From: Actinobacteria bacterium UBA912
GTDB lineage: Bacteria > Actinomycetota > Coriobacteriia > Anaerosomatales > UBA912
DNA length: 34,244 nucleotides
NCBI GenBank assembly: GCA_002293965.1
Contig: DBEG01000062.1
Span: forward strand, 1-34,244
Direction of reading: 5' to 3'
Shown: piece after piece, positions 12,114 through 22,926 of the stretch
Layout of the letters: every line of letters starts with the position of its first letter
Position numbering within the stretch: the stretch's first letter is position 1
The notes under the pieces: model-generated
The model's input: only the letters and a program-made list of their open reading frames with translations
What the model was told of the DNA's origin: nothing
The model's database searches: none
Position numbers and translations under genes: made by a program

Positions 12114-12189
12114 TGGCGAACACGATAGCAGGCGGTGTGCACGCAACGATGTGTGCGGCCGAGAACGACAAGCCGAAAGGCGGAGGAAG

Positions 12190-12605
12190 ATGAAACGCGG
12201 GCGATCGAACAATCGCAGCAGGCCACTGTATATGATCAGCGTGGCGGCCGACCTGGCGGGCATGCACCCGCAGACCTTGAGGATATACGAGCGCAAGGAA
12301 CTCGTGATGCCGCAGCGCTCATCGGGCAACACGCGCCTGTACTCGGACGCTGACATCGACCAGCTGCGACTCATCCAGGAGATGACCGCCGAAGGAGTGA
12401 ACCTTGCTGGCGTCCTGCGCATCCTCGAGCTGCGTGCGGAGGTAGAAGGCTTACGTGCCGAGAGGGACGCACTCAAGTCCGCCCTGGTTCTCAAGGACCA
12501 CGAGCTGGCCAAGATAGCGAAGAAGGCCGCAAGGCCGACGACTAGAACAGAGCTAGTGATGGTAAGAAGAGGAGGACTTGTTCGGCGCGAGGGAGGCGAC
12601 CTGGC

Positions 12606-12609
<4 letters not shown>
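12190..12609 (+). CDS. hspR: MerR-family heat-shock repressor HspR
   Basis: [39 protein letters not shown] and GVNLAGV; located after dnaJ; SD GGAGG. Confidence 0.9.
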
Positions 12610-15197
<2,588 letters not shown>

Positions 15198-15227
15198 GCG
15201 AGACCCCGGGCTTTTCGGCGGCAGCGA

Positions 15228-15599
15228 TCAGTGCTGCAGGAGCTTGGCGACCGTCTCTTTGAGCTCTGTGTTGTTGAACGGCTTGACGATGTATGCGGCA
15301 ACCCTGTGCTGTTCGCCTTGGGCCAGGTCCGCCTCGGAGGCGGCGGTCGTCAGCATGACTACGGTCAGGTCGGAGGTCTCGGGCCTCTTGCGCAGCCATT
15401 CGAGCACCTCGAAGCCATTGAGTTTGGGCATGACGAGGTCGAGCAGCACGATGTCAGGACACTGGTTCGCGATGATCGTGATGGCCTCCTCGCCGTCGAC
15501 TGCTTCAATGAGATCGCAGCCAAGAGGCTGAAGGGCAGCGCTGACCAAGCGCCGTATGAAGTTGTTGTCATCAGCGATCAGGATCGTCTTACCACTCAT
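15228..15599 (-). CDS. Single-domain response regulator (receiver only)
   Basis: ILIADD, LLDLVMP, VVMLT, YIVKPF; no output domain. Confidence 0.9.
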   Translation of the reverse strand: MSGKTILIADDNNFIRRLVSAALQPLGCDLIEAVDGEEAITIIANQCPDIVLLDLVMPKLNGFEVLEWLRKRPETSDLTVVMLTTAASEADLAQGEQHRVAAYIVKPFNNTELKETVAKLLQH

Positions 15600-15801
15600 A
15601 CGACACCGGCCCAAAAGCAGCCCCTACGGGCGCGTCGGATGGATCCTCCATGTATCTTTTCTCCGCCCGCAGCCGGTTTCCTACAAGGATTTACGCACTT
15701 CGATGGATTCTTGGCAGGTAGCGGGCACCTGGCGTCGAACCAGTAACTAGTATGTGCAGTGACACGTCCCGCACTTGGGGGTGGCGGTGGGATCAGAAGA
15801 T

Positions 15802-17715
15802 ATGGAAAGACGCGAGAAGACGCCGGTCCGCGCGTTGATGACCAGCGCCGACGAAGAATCGATTGCGTTCGACCAAGACGGCAATGTGCCTCAAGCGATC
15901 CTGGAAAGCGTTCACGAGGGACTGATCGTCTTCGCTCCAGACAGTCGGGTCACCTACATCAATCCGGCAGCTTGCGAGATGCTCGAGCTCGACTTCGAGG
16001 CCACAGTCGGCACCAGGTTGTCGCTGCGGGAGCTTCTCGGTGTTGATGGCAGCGGTCAGGGCGGATCCGCCGAAGGGGCCGGCCAGACCGCCATGCCGGA
16101 TGAGCTGGGTGCGGATGGACCGCAAGAGATCGACATCACTGAGCCCGAGCATCGCGTTCTCGCGATACGCACGAATCCGGTCAGGGACGCCACCCAACGC
16201 TACCTGGGCTACGTCTCGACCATCAACGACGTCACGGCTGAGCGCGAGATCGCGGTCATGAAGAACGAGTTCGTCTCGATGGTGAGTCATGAGCTACGCA
16301 CCCCGCTGACGTCGATCAAGGGATACGTAGACCTGATCGTCGAAGGGGCTGCGGGAGAGATAAACGAGACGCAAAGAGAGTTCCTCGAGATCGTGCAGGA
16401 GAACTCAGACAGACTGGTCTCGCTCATCAACGACCTGCTCGACATCTCGAGGATGGAATCGGGAAGGGTCCACCTGCGGATCCAGCCGTTGGATCTGCTG
16501 GATATCTCGCAAGGGGTCTTGGAAACGTTTCGCACGGTTGCCGACAAAGGCGGAGTCCGCCTCGACTTGAAGGCTCCCGAGGCACTTCCGCGTGTCGCCG
16601 GGGATCGCGACCGTGTCGGTCAGGTCCTCATGAACCTGGTGAGCAACGCGATCAAATACTCTCCTGGAGGCGGTTCGACCAAAGTCGAACTGTCGATCTC
16701 CGACGGCAAGGTGCTCACCGAGGTCACAGACACCGGGATCGGCGTCTCCGAGGAGAACCAGGCCAAGCTGTTCACCAAGTTCTTCCGGGTCGACTCGAGA
16801 CTCACCAGGGAGATCGGAGGCACTGGTCTGGGGCTATCGATATGCAAGAGCATCATCGACCTTCTCGGCGGCGAGATTGGGATGAAGGGCGAGGAAGGCG
16901 TCGGGTCCACGTTCTGGTTCACTCTGCCGATCGCTGATCCGGGGCTGGTCAGGGTTCCGGCGATGGAGGGCCCAGCCCAGGTGGAGGGCATCGTTCTCGT
17001 GGTCGACAGCAATCCGGATATCGCCGAGCTGATATGCACCTTCCTGTCCAACCGGGGCTACCACACGTGCAAGGCCCACTCGGCACAAGAGGCGATACGT
17101 GTCGCGCGTGAGATACAACCGTCCCTGATAACGCTGGACGTCATGCTTGAAGACGCTGACGGGTTCGAACTCCTGGAGCAGCTCAAAGAGGATGACTGCT
17201 GCGCAGACATCCCGATTCTGGTGGTCTCCGTCTCCTGTGACGAGGGCAAGTCACTCAGGCTCGGTGCCAACGAATACATCGAGAAGCCGATCGATTCGAA
17301 GCGGCTCGTTCAGATCGCCGACGCCCTGGTCGGACAGGTCGCCTCACCGGTCGTGCTGATCGTAGACGATGACCGCTCGATCGTCGGGGCCTTGAGCGAG
17401 ACCCTCAAGCGCAGGGGCTTCGCCGTGCTCGGAGCATACGACGGCGCCGAAGCGATGGCTGCGGTGGTGCAGCGCAAGCCCGACCTCATCCTGCTCGACC
17501 TGATGATGCCGGTGATGGACGGCTACGAGGTAATCGCCGCACTGAAAGGTGCCGAGGCGACCCGCGATATACCGATCGTGGTGATGACCGCGCACCGTAT
17601 CGACCAGCTCAAGATCGACCTGGTCGAGATGGCCTCCGAGCGGCTTTCCAAGCCGCTGCTTCCAGAGGAGTTGGCCGAGAGGGTCGAAGAGTTGCTGCTG
17701 GAAAGGCGGGAGTGA
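15802..17715 (+). CDS. Cytoplasmic hybrid histidine kinase, PAS-HisKA-HATPase-REC-REC
   Basis: PAS (YINPAAC), H-box SHELRTPL, N-box NLVSNAIKY, DTGIG, GGTGLGL and two receiver domains. No TM segment. Start uncertain (15775-15838). Confidence 0.9.
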   Translation: MERREKTPVRALMTSADEESIAFDQDGNVPQAILESVHEGLIVFAPDSRVTYINPAACEMLELDFEATVGTRLSLRELLGVDGSGQGGSAEGAGQTAMPDELGADGPQEIDITEPEHRVLAIRTNPVRDATQRYLGYVSTINDVTAEREIAVMKNEFVSMVSHELRTPLTSIKGYVDLIVEGAAGEINETQREFLEIVQENSDRLVSLINDLLDISRMESGRVHLRIQPLDLLDISQGVLETFRTVADKGGVRLDLKAPEALPRVAGDRDRVGQVLMNLVSNAIKYSPGGGSTKVELSISDGKVLTEVTDTGIGVSEENQAKLFTKFFRVDSRLTREIGGTGLGLSICKSIIDLLGGEIGMKGEEGVGSTFWFTLPIADPGLVRVPAMEGPAQVEGIVLVVDSNPDIAELICTFLSNRGYHTCKAHSAQEAIRVAREIQPSLITLDVMLEDADGFELLEQLKEDDCCADIPILVVSVSCDEGKSLRLGANEYIEKPIDSKRLVQIADALVGQVASPVVLIVDDDRSIVGALSETLKRRGFAVLGAYDGAEAMAAVVQRKPDLILLDLMMPVMDGYEVIAALKGAEATRDIPIVVMTAHRIDQLKIDLVEMASERLSKPLLPEELAERVEELLLERRE

Positions 17716-17718
17716 GGT

Positions 17719-18111
17719 ATGGCCAGGATCCTGGTTGTCGACGACGAGCCTCACATCCTCAAGCTGGTGAGTTTCTCGCTCACAAGCGCCGGACACGAGG
17801 TCTTCGAGGCGACCGATGGTGCCTTAGGGGTGGAGGTGGCATCAGAGGTCAAGCCCGATCTCATACTGCTCGACGTGATGATGCCGCTGATGAGCGGGTA
17901 CCAGGCCCTGGAGCTGCTGAAGGCCGAGGAGGACACCGCAGGGATACCTGTAGTGATGCTTTCGGCGAAGAGCCAGGTCTACGAGCAGCAAGAAGGCCTT
18001 CGGCTCGGGGCGCATCAGTATGTATGCAAACCGTTCACGCCCCGCGACCTGGTGCAGGTGGTGGACGACATCCTCGCAGGATGCGAGAGAGAGGTTGATC
18101 GTGATGGTTAA
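17719..18111 (+). CDS. Single-domain response regulator
   Basis: ILVVDDE, LLDVMMP, VMLSA, CKPF. Confidence 0.9.
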   Translation: MARILVVDDEPHILKLVSFSLTSAGHEVFEATDGALGVEVASEVKPDLILLDVMMPLMSGYQALELLKAEEDTAGIPVVMLSAKSQVYEQQEGLRLGAHQYVCKPFTPRDLVQVVDDILAGCEREVDRDG

Positions 18112-18559
18112 GAAGATACTGGTAGTCGATGACGAGCCCTCTATTGTCAGATTGGTGACAGCGGCTTTGACTGCGAGGGGTCACGAAGTGACTCCAGCCT
18201 ACGACGGCGAGGAAGCCCTCGACAAGGTAGCGCTCAGCAAACCCGACCTCATCGTGTGCGATATCATGATGCCCAAGATGGATGGACGAGAAGTGGCTAG
18301 GCGCCTGGCGGCAGATCCAAAAACCAAGGGCATCCCGCTGATATTCCTATCGGCCATAGGCGATCTGCACGACCAGCTCGACACGATGCAGGAGGCCGGA
18401 ACGGAGTATCTCACCAAGCCGTTCAACCCCAGCGAGCTCGGGGAATTCGTGGATGCGATGCTCGACCCGAAGCGGCAGCACGAGGTCGAACATTTGCGCA
18501 AGGCCCATCTGGGCAAGTTGCGGGCTATGACCGATATCATGCATCGCCGAAGAGGGTAG
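18104..18559 (+). CDS. Single-domain response regulator with a short basic C-terminal extension
   Basis: ILVVDDE, VCDIMMP, FLSA, LTKPF. Start ATG 18104 after GAGG, overlapping the previous gene. Confidence 0.88.
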   Translation: MVKKILVVDDEPSIVRLVTAALTARGHEVTPAYDGEEALDKVALSKPDLIVCDIMMPKMDGREVARRLAADPKTKGIPLIFLSAIGDLHDQLDTMQEAGTEYLTKPFNPSELGEFVDAMLDPKRQHEVEHLRKAHLGKLRAMTDIMHRRRG

Positions 18560-18616
18560 ACTATCATCGACTTATAGCCCACAACGACCGCGGTCTCGCG
18601 GATGGCGGGATGACCG

Positions 18617-19777
18617 ATGTACGTCATAGACTCCGAGCGCACGCCCATCAAGGTATGGGGCGCTGAGATCGACGATTCCACACTGGCGCAAGCGCGCAAT
18701 CTGGCGAACCTGCCCTTCGCCTTCGAGCATGTGGCGATCATGCCCGACGCCCATGTCGGCTACGGCATGCCGATAGGCGGAGTGCTGGCAGCGCTGGGCA
18801 AGATCATCCCCAACGCCGTTGGGCTCGATATCGGTTGTGGGGTTTGCGCATGGCGCACCGGCATACCCGCCGAGGAGTTCCGCAAGCATCGCAGCGCGAT
18901 ACTGGGTGACGCACAGCGCAGCGTACCGCAGGGCTTCCACTGGCACCGCGACAGCCAGCGACACCGCACGCATCTGTTCGACTCGATGCCGAAAGCAGCG
19001 ATCATTTGCGAGCAGTCAGACAAGATCGAGCGCCAGATCGGGACGCTCGGCGGCGGAAACCACTTCATCGAGTTCCAGCGTGATCCCGAAGACATCGTCT
19101 GGGTGATGGTGCACTCGGGATCGCGCAACCTGGGCAAACAGGTCGCCGAGCACTACGACGCGATCGCTCGCAAGCTCAATGCTGCTCAAGGCTGGCAGGT
19201 CCCGAAAGCATGGGAGCTTGCCTATCTCGATATCGCAGGTGCCGAGGGCATCGAGTATCTCGAGGCGATGGAGTGGTGCCTGCGCTTCGCCAAGGAGAAC
19301 CGTCGGCTGATCGCCGATGCGATCCACGCGGTCATCACCGGCCGCTTCTCGCAAGCGGACTTCGAGGGCGTGATCGACGTCCACCACAACTACGCCGCCA
19401 TCGAGACGCATTTCGGGCAGGAAGTCGTGGTTCATCGGAAGGGTGCCGTCAGGGCGGTGGGGCGCGTCATAGTTCCGGGCTCGATGGGCACGGCATCCTA
19501 CATCTGCGACGGTCTCGCGAACCCCGAGTCGTTCGAGTCGTGCTCCCACGGCTCCGGCCGGGCGCTGGGGCGCAAGGCCGCGATGCGGGCCCTGTCACCC
19601 GAGTCGGTCAAAGCCCAACTGAAGGCAAGCGACATCGAGTTCGTCGCCGCCAAGAAAGGCCGACTCGCCGAAGAGGCTCCTGCAGCTTACAAGGACATCG
19701 AGGAAGTGATGACCGCGCAGGCCGAACTCGTCAGGCCCGTCGTGCGGCTGTTGCCAATGGGAGTTGTGAAGGGCTGA
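18617..19777 (+). CDS. rtcB: RtcB-family RNA ligase
   Basis: MPDAHVGYGMPIG, DIGCG, GTLGGGNHF, HSGSR, HHNY, HRKGA, PGSMG, SHGSGR, EEAPAAYK. Confidence 0.93.
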   Translation: MYVIDSERTPIKVWGAEIDDSTLAQARNLANLPFAFEHVAIMPDAHVGYGMPIGGVLAALGKIIPNAVGLDIGCGVCAWRTGIPAEEFRKHRSAILGDAQRSVPQGFHWHRDSQRHRTHLFDSMPKAAIICEQSDKIERQIGTLGGGNHFIEFQRDPEDIVWVMVHSGSRNLGKQVAEHYDAIARKLNAAQGWQVPKAWELAYLDIAGAEGIEYLEAMEWCLRFAKENRRLIADAIHAVITGRFSQADFEGVIDVHHNYAAIETHFGQEVVVHRKGAVRAVGRVIVPGSMGTASYICDGLANPESFESCSHGSGRALGRKAAMRALSPESVKAQLKASDIEFVAAKKGRLAEEAPAAYKDIEEVMTAQAELVRPVVRLLPMGVVKG

Positions 19778-19789
19778 CCGACTAGGGAG

Positions 19790-20182
19790 TTACGGACTCA
19801 GGCCCTTGGACATCCCGGCTATCATCCCGCCGAAGTACGGGATGAGCCAGATCAGCCACACGATGAAGCTGTAGCGGTGGAATCCCGTTTTGGCATCTTG
19901 GCTTCCGCGCGCCAGTACCCAGCTCGCCCAGATGGCGTGCAAGACCATGAGCACCAGCGCCGAAGTCCCCGTGATGTCGTGGATGAGGCTGGATTCGTAG
20001 CCGGCTCTCGTGAGACCCTTCATCAGCCACGTGCCGTATGCGTCCCAGGCCAGCCCAGCCCAGAAAGCGATCACGTGCCACAGCTTCAGGTCTCGCGCGA
20101 ACCGCTCACCCCACACGCCTGCGGAGTAGAAGACGAACGCGAGCGACATCGCTATCGATGGCCATATCAGATAGTCAGGCAT
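19790..20182 (-). CDS. HsmA-like (TIGR03987-type) small four-TM membrane protein
   Basis: FYSAGVWGE, WHVIAFWAGLAWDAYGT, His residues in TM segments, FHRYSFIVWLIWLIPYFGG. Family assigned by recalled resemblance. Confidence 0.75.
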   Translation of the reverse strand: MPDYLIWPSIAMSLAFVFYSAGVWGERFARDLKLWHVIAFWAGLAWDAYGTWLMKGLTRAGYESSLIHDITGTSALVLMVLHAIWASWVLARGSQDAKTGFHRYSFIVWLIWLIPYFGGMIAGMSKGLSP

Positions 20183-20187
20183 GCGCC

Positions 20188-20196
20188 ATCATATCA
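20188..20196 (-). promoter_or_regulatory. Extended -10 (TGaTATGAT) of a probable leaderless hsmA-like transcript
   Basis: On the minus strand TG-A-TATGAT ends 5 nt before ATG 20182; no SD. Confidence 0.55.
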
Positions 20197-20202
20197 TTGC
20201 GG

Positions 20203-20231
20203 TTGACCCTCCTTCGGCATTTAGCTATCCT
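20203..20231 (+). promoter_or_regulatory. sigma70/sigmaA promoter of the met leader and operon
   Basis: TTGACC (20203-20208), 17-nt spacer, TATCCT (20226-20231). Confidence 0.75.
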
Positions 20232-20275
20232 GTGCGAACCACTAGAGATCAGTGAAGGAGGTGCAAAGAAGAGAA

Positions 20276-20444
20276 CATGATTTACCTGTCCCAGTTCGTG
20301 ATGATGATGGACATGATGATGACCCAGCCCGGGTCTGGTCGCGTTTGCGGCTGTTCCGGGCGCCTCGGCCACCCGGCCGGACGCTAAGGTCGGGTACATC
20401 TATCGGTTTCATCGACACGAACAATGAAAGGCAGGTTTATCATG
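20276..20444 (+). promoter_or_regulatory. Long imperfect RNA hairpin sequestering the metY SD and start codon (putative translational attenuator)
   Basis: Nested pairings found by eye: CATGAT/ATCATG, ACCTGTC/GGCAGGT, GTTCGTG/CACGAAC, GATGA/TCATC, GAT/ATC, GATG/CATC, ACCC/GGGT, plus an apical hairpin at 20341-20384. Confidence 0.8.
20277..20387 (+). CDS. Met-rich leader peptide (36 aa, MIYLSQFVMMMDMMMTQPGSGRVCGCSGRLGHPAGR), putative attenuator uORF
   Basis: SD AAGGAGGT at 20255-20262, ATG at 20277, ATG ATG ATG GAC ATG ATG ATG at 20301-20321, TAA at 20385-20387. Lies directly upstream of Met biosynthesis genes. Confidence 0.85.
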   Translation: MIYLSQFVMMMDMMMTQPGSGRVCGCSGRLGHPAGR

Positions 20445-21767
20445 AGCGATTCTATTGCACCCGGCGCCGATGCGCCCCGAGTCCCCGGTTTCGACACCAC
20501 GGCCGTCCAAGGCGGCGCAAACCCGGATCCCACCACTGGCTCACGGGCGGTCCCCATCTACCAGACGGTCGCGTACAACTTCAAGGACACCGAGCACGCC
20601 GCCGACCTTTTCGGCTTGCGAGCGTTCGGCAACATCTACTCGCGGATCATGAACCCAACCAACGATGTGCTCGAGCAGCGCATCGCGTTGCTGGAAGGCG
20701 GTACGGGTGCGTTGGCCACGTCCTCAGGGCACGCTGCCGAGGTACTCTCGCTACTCAACGTGGCCGGAGCGGGCGATTCGATCGTGAGCTCAAACTCGCT
20801 TTATGGCGGCACGTGGAACATCTTCCTCCATACGTTCCGCAGGCTGGGCATCGAGGTTCGCTTCGTGGAGACCACTGATACCGACGGCTTCGCGGCGGCT
20901 TCGGATGCGACCACGAAGGCGTGGTTCGTCGAGACGATCGGCAATCCTCGCCTCGACGTGCCGGATCTGGCCGGCTTGGCCGAAGCGGGACGGTCACTGA
21001 ACATCCCGCTCGTGGTCGACAGCACGTTCGCCACGCCGTACCTGTGCAAGCCGATCAAGCACGGCGCAGCCGTCGTGGTCCACTCGCTCACCAAGTGGAT
21101 CGGCGGGCACGGAACCTCGATCGGCGGCGTCCTGGTCGACGGCGGGAACTTCGATTGGGGCGGCGGCAGGCACCCATGGTTCACCGAGCCGGACCCAAGC
21201 TACCACGGCTTGAAGTACTGGGACGTCTTCGGCGATTTTCCGGGGCTTGGCAACGTGGCATTCTCGATCAAGGCCCGCGTTCAGCTCCAGCGGGACCTTG
21301 GCGCGTCGCTCTCGCCCTTCAACGCGCAGCAGGTGTTGCTGGGGTTGGAGACACTGTCGTTGCGAGTGCAGCGGCACAGCGACAACGCGCTTGCGGTCGC
21401 GAAGTACCTCGAGGAGCACCCCAAGGTCGAGTGGGTCACGTACCCCGGCCTCGAATCGCATCCGACCAAGGCCAACGCCGACCGCTATCTGGAGAACGGG
21501 TATGGCGGGATCGTGGTCTTCGGCGTCAAGGGCGGCAGGGATGCCGGTCGCACCCTGATCGATAGCGTCGAGCTCTTCAGCCATCTGGCGAACGTGGGTG
21601 ACGCCAAGTCGCTCATCATCCACCCGGCGACCACGACGCACAGCCAGCTTTCCGCCGAAGAACTTGTGGCCGGCGGCATCTCCGAGGATTTGGTCCGGCT
21701 CTCAGTGGGCATTGAGAACGTCGAGGACATCATCGCCGACCTCGACCAGGCTTTGGGCAAGGTGTGA
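20442..21767 (+). CDS. metY: O-acetylhomoserine sulfhydrylase (aminocarboxypropyltransferase)
   Basis: AVPIYQT, GNIYSRIMNPT, VHSLTKWIGGHG (PLP Lys), HLANVGDAKSLIIHPA. SD GAAAGGCAGG before ATG 20442. Confidence 0.95.
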   Translation: MSDSIAPGADAPRVPGFDTTAVQGGANPDPTTGSRAVPIYQTVAYNFKDTEHAADLFGLRAFGNIYSRIMNPTNDVLEQRIALLEGGTGALATSSGHAAEVLSLLNVAGAGDSIVSSNSLYGGTWNIFLHTFRRLGIEVRFVETTDTDGFAAASDATTKAWFVETIGNPRLDVPDLAGLAEAGRSLNIPLVVDSTFATPYLCKPIKHGAAVVVHSLTKWIGGHGTSIGGVLVDGGNFDWGGGRHPWFTEPDPSYHGLKYWDVFGDFPGLGNVAFSIKARVQLQRDLGASLSPFNAQQVLLGLETLSLRVQRHSDNALAVAKYLEEHPKVEWVTYPGLESHPTKANADRYLENGYGGIVVFGVKGGRDAGRTLIDSVELFSHLANVGDAKSLIIHPATTTHSQLSAEELVAGGISEDLVRLSVGIENVEDIIADLDQALGKV

Positions 21768-21774
21768 TAGCACC

Positions 21775-22926
21775 ATGAGCGGGGTAAAGGTCATCCGCCT
21801 TCCGGTCGACTTGAAGTTGGCCGGCGGCGGGTACCTCCCACAAATCGACATCGCGTACGAGACCTTCGGCGAGTTGGATCGCAACCGATCGAATGCGGTG
21901 CTCATCTGCCACGCCCTGTCGGGTGACTCCCACGTGGCCACCGGGCCATGGGTCGATGGAGTCGAGCGACCGGGCTGGTGGGAGCCGATGGTCGGTCCCG
22001 GCAAAGCAATCGACACGCAGAAGTACTTCGTCATCTGCAGCAACGTCCTGGGCGGCTGCTCGGGGACGACCGGTCCCGGAAGCACCGACCCGGCGACCGG
22101 TGAGCCTTACGGATTGCGGTTCCCGATGGTGACGATCGAGGACATGGTGGACGCACAAGCCGCCCTTCTCGACGCGATAGGGGTGAAGCGCCTGCTTTGC
22201 GTGGTCGGCGGTTCGATGGGAGGCATGCAGGCGCTGGCCTGGAGCCGAAGATATCCGCAGCGGGTTGCGAGCATGATCGGATGCGCGACCACATGGAGAC
22301 TGGCACCGCAGGCCATCGCGTTCAACGAGGTGGGTCGCACGGCCATCCTCGGCGATTCAGGCTTCATGGACGGGGATTATCCGGCGGACCAGCAGCCGGA
22401 GCACGGCCTCGCTATCGCCCGGATGATCGGACACATAACCTATCTTTCCGAAGAGTCGATGCGCGACAAGTTCGGCCGAAGGCTGGCCAAGCGAGAAGGG
22501 CACGCCTACGACTTCGTCACTGAGTTCGAGGTGGAGAGCTACCTCGCGCACCAGGGCCGCAAGTTCGTGGAGCGGTTCGACGCGAACACGTACCTGTACA
22601 TGACCAAGGCGATGGACTACTTCGACCTCGCGGGCGACGCGCCCTCCTTGGCCGAGGCGCTGCGCAATGTGCAGTCGAGGTTCTTGTTCCTGACCTTCTC
22701 AAGCGATTGGCTGTTCCCGACGCACGAGACCAAGGAGATCGTCGACGCGCTCTGTCAGGTCGGTGCCGAGGTCAGCTTCGCCGAGATAAAGAGTCCCTAT
22801 GGGCACGACGCCTTCCTGCTCGAACCCGAGGAGCAGACGGCGTTCGTCAGGCCTTTCCTGGAAAGCGTGTACGAGAAGGAGTTTGCGGCCGCATCCAGCC
22901 GCCTCAAGGAGGGCGATGCCGTATGA
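21775..22926 (+). CDS. metX: Homoserine O-acyltransferase (MetX family; acetyl versus succinyl not resolved)
   Basis: CHALSGDSH, GGSMGG nucleophile motif, RFDANTY, SDWLFP, YGHDAFL. Confidence 0.95.
   Translation: MSGVKVIRLPVDLKLAGGGYLPQIDIAYETFGELDRNRSNAVLICHALSGDSHVATGPWVDGVERPGWWEPMVGPGKAIDTQKYFVICSNVLGGCSGTTGPGSTDPATGEPYGLRFPMVTIEDMVDAQAALLDAIGVKRLLCVVGGSMGGMQALAWSRRYPQRVASMIGCATTWRLAPQAIAFNEVGRTAILGDSGFMDGDYPADQQPEHGLAIARMIGHITYLSEESMRDKFGRRLAKREGHAYDFVTEFEVESYLAHQGRKFVERFDANTYLYMTKAMDYFDLAGDAPSLAEALRNVQSRFLFLTFSSDWLFPTHETKEIVDALCQVGAEVSFAEIKSPYGHDAFLLEPEEQTAFVRPFLESVYEKEFAAASSRLKEGDAV

Noticed and set aside
12139-12181. Two small hairpins between dnaJ and hspR (GCACGCA/TGTGTGC; GCC-GAAA-GGC)
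   Set aside because: They are short, have no U-tract and leave the GGAGG SD free. This is not enough to call a terminator or regulatory RNA.
20221-20270. SAM-I riboswitch-like fragments (CTATCC...GAACC...GGTGCAAA) upstream of metY
   Set aside because: There is no GAGGGA/GGCCC P2 region and no P1 partner. TATCCT is better explained as the -10 box and GGAGGTG as the leader SD. An Rfam scan would settle it.
20299-20322. (ATG)n as a mere microsatellite or phase-variation tract
   Set aside because: It is a triplet unit interrupted by an in-frame GAC, lies within an SD-led ORF and is matched by complementary sequence downstream.
20380-20405. T-box-like segment (AAGGTCGGGTAC) in the met leader
   Set aside because: It lacks the UGGN-ACC bulge consensus and a Stem I. 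The bases are accounted for by pairing with the leader ORF.
20175-20878. His-rich minus-strand ORF 20175-20399 and Asp-rich ORF 20252-20878
   Set aside because: These are antisense and alternative-frame readings of the ATG repeat. Only the Met frame has a start codon downstream of the SD and a biological rationale.
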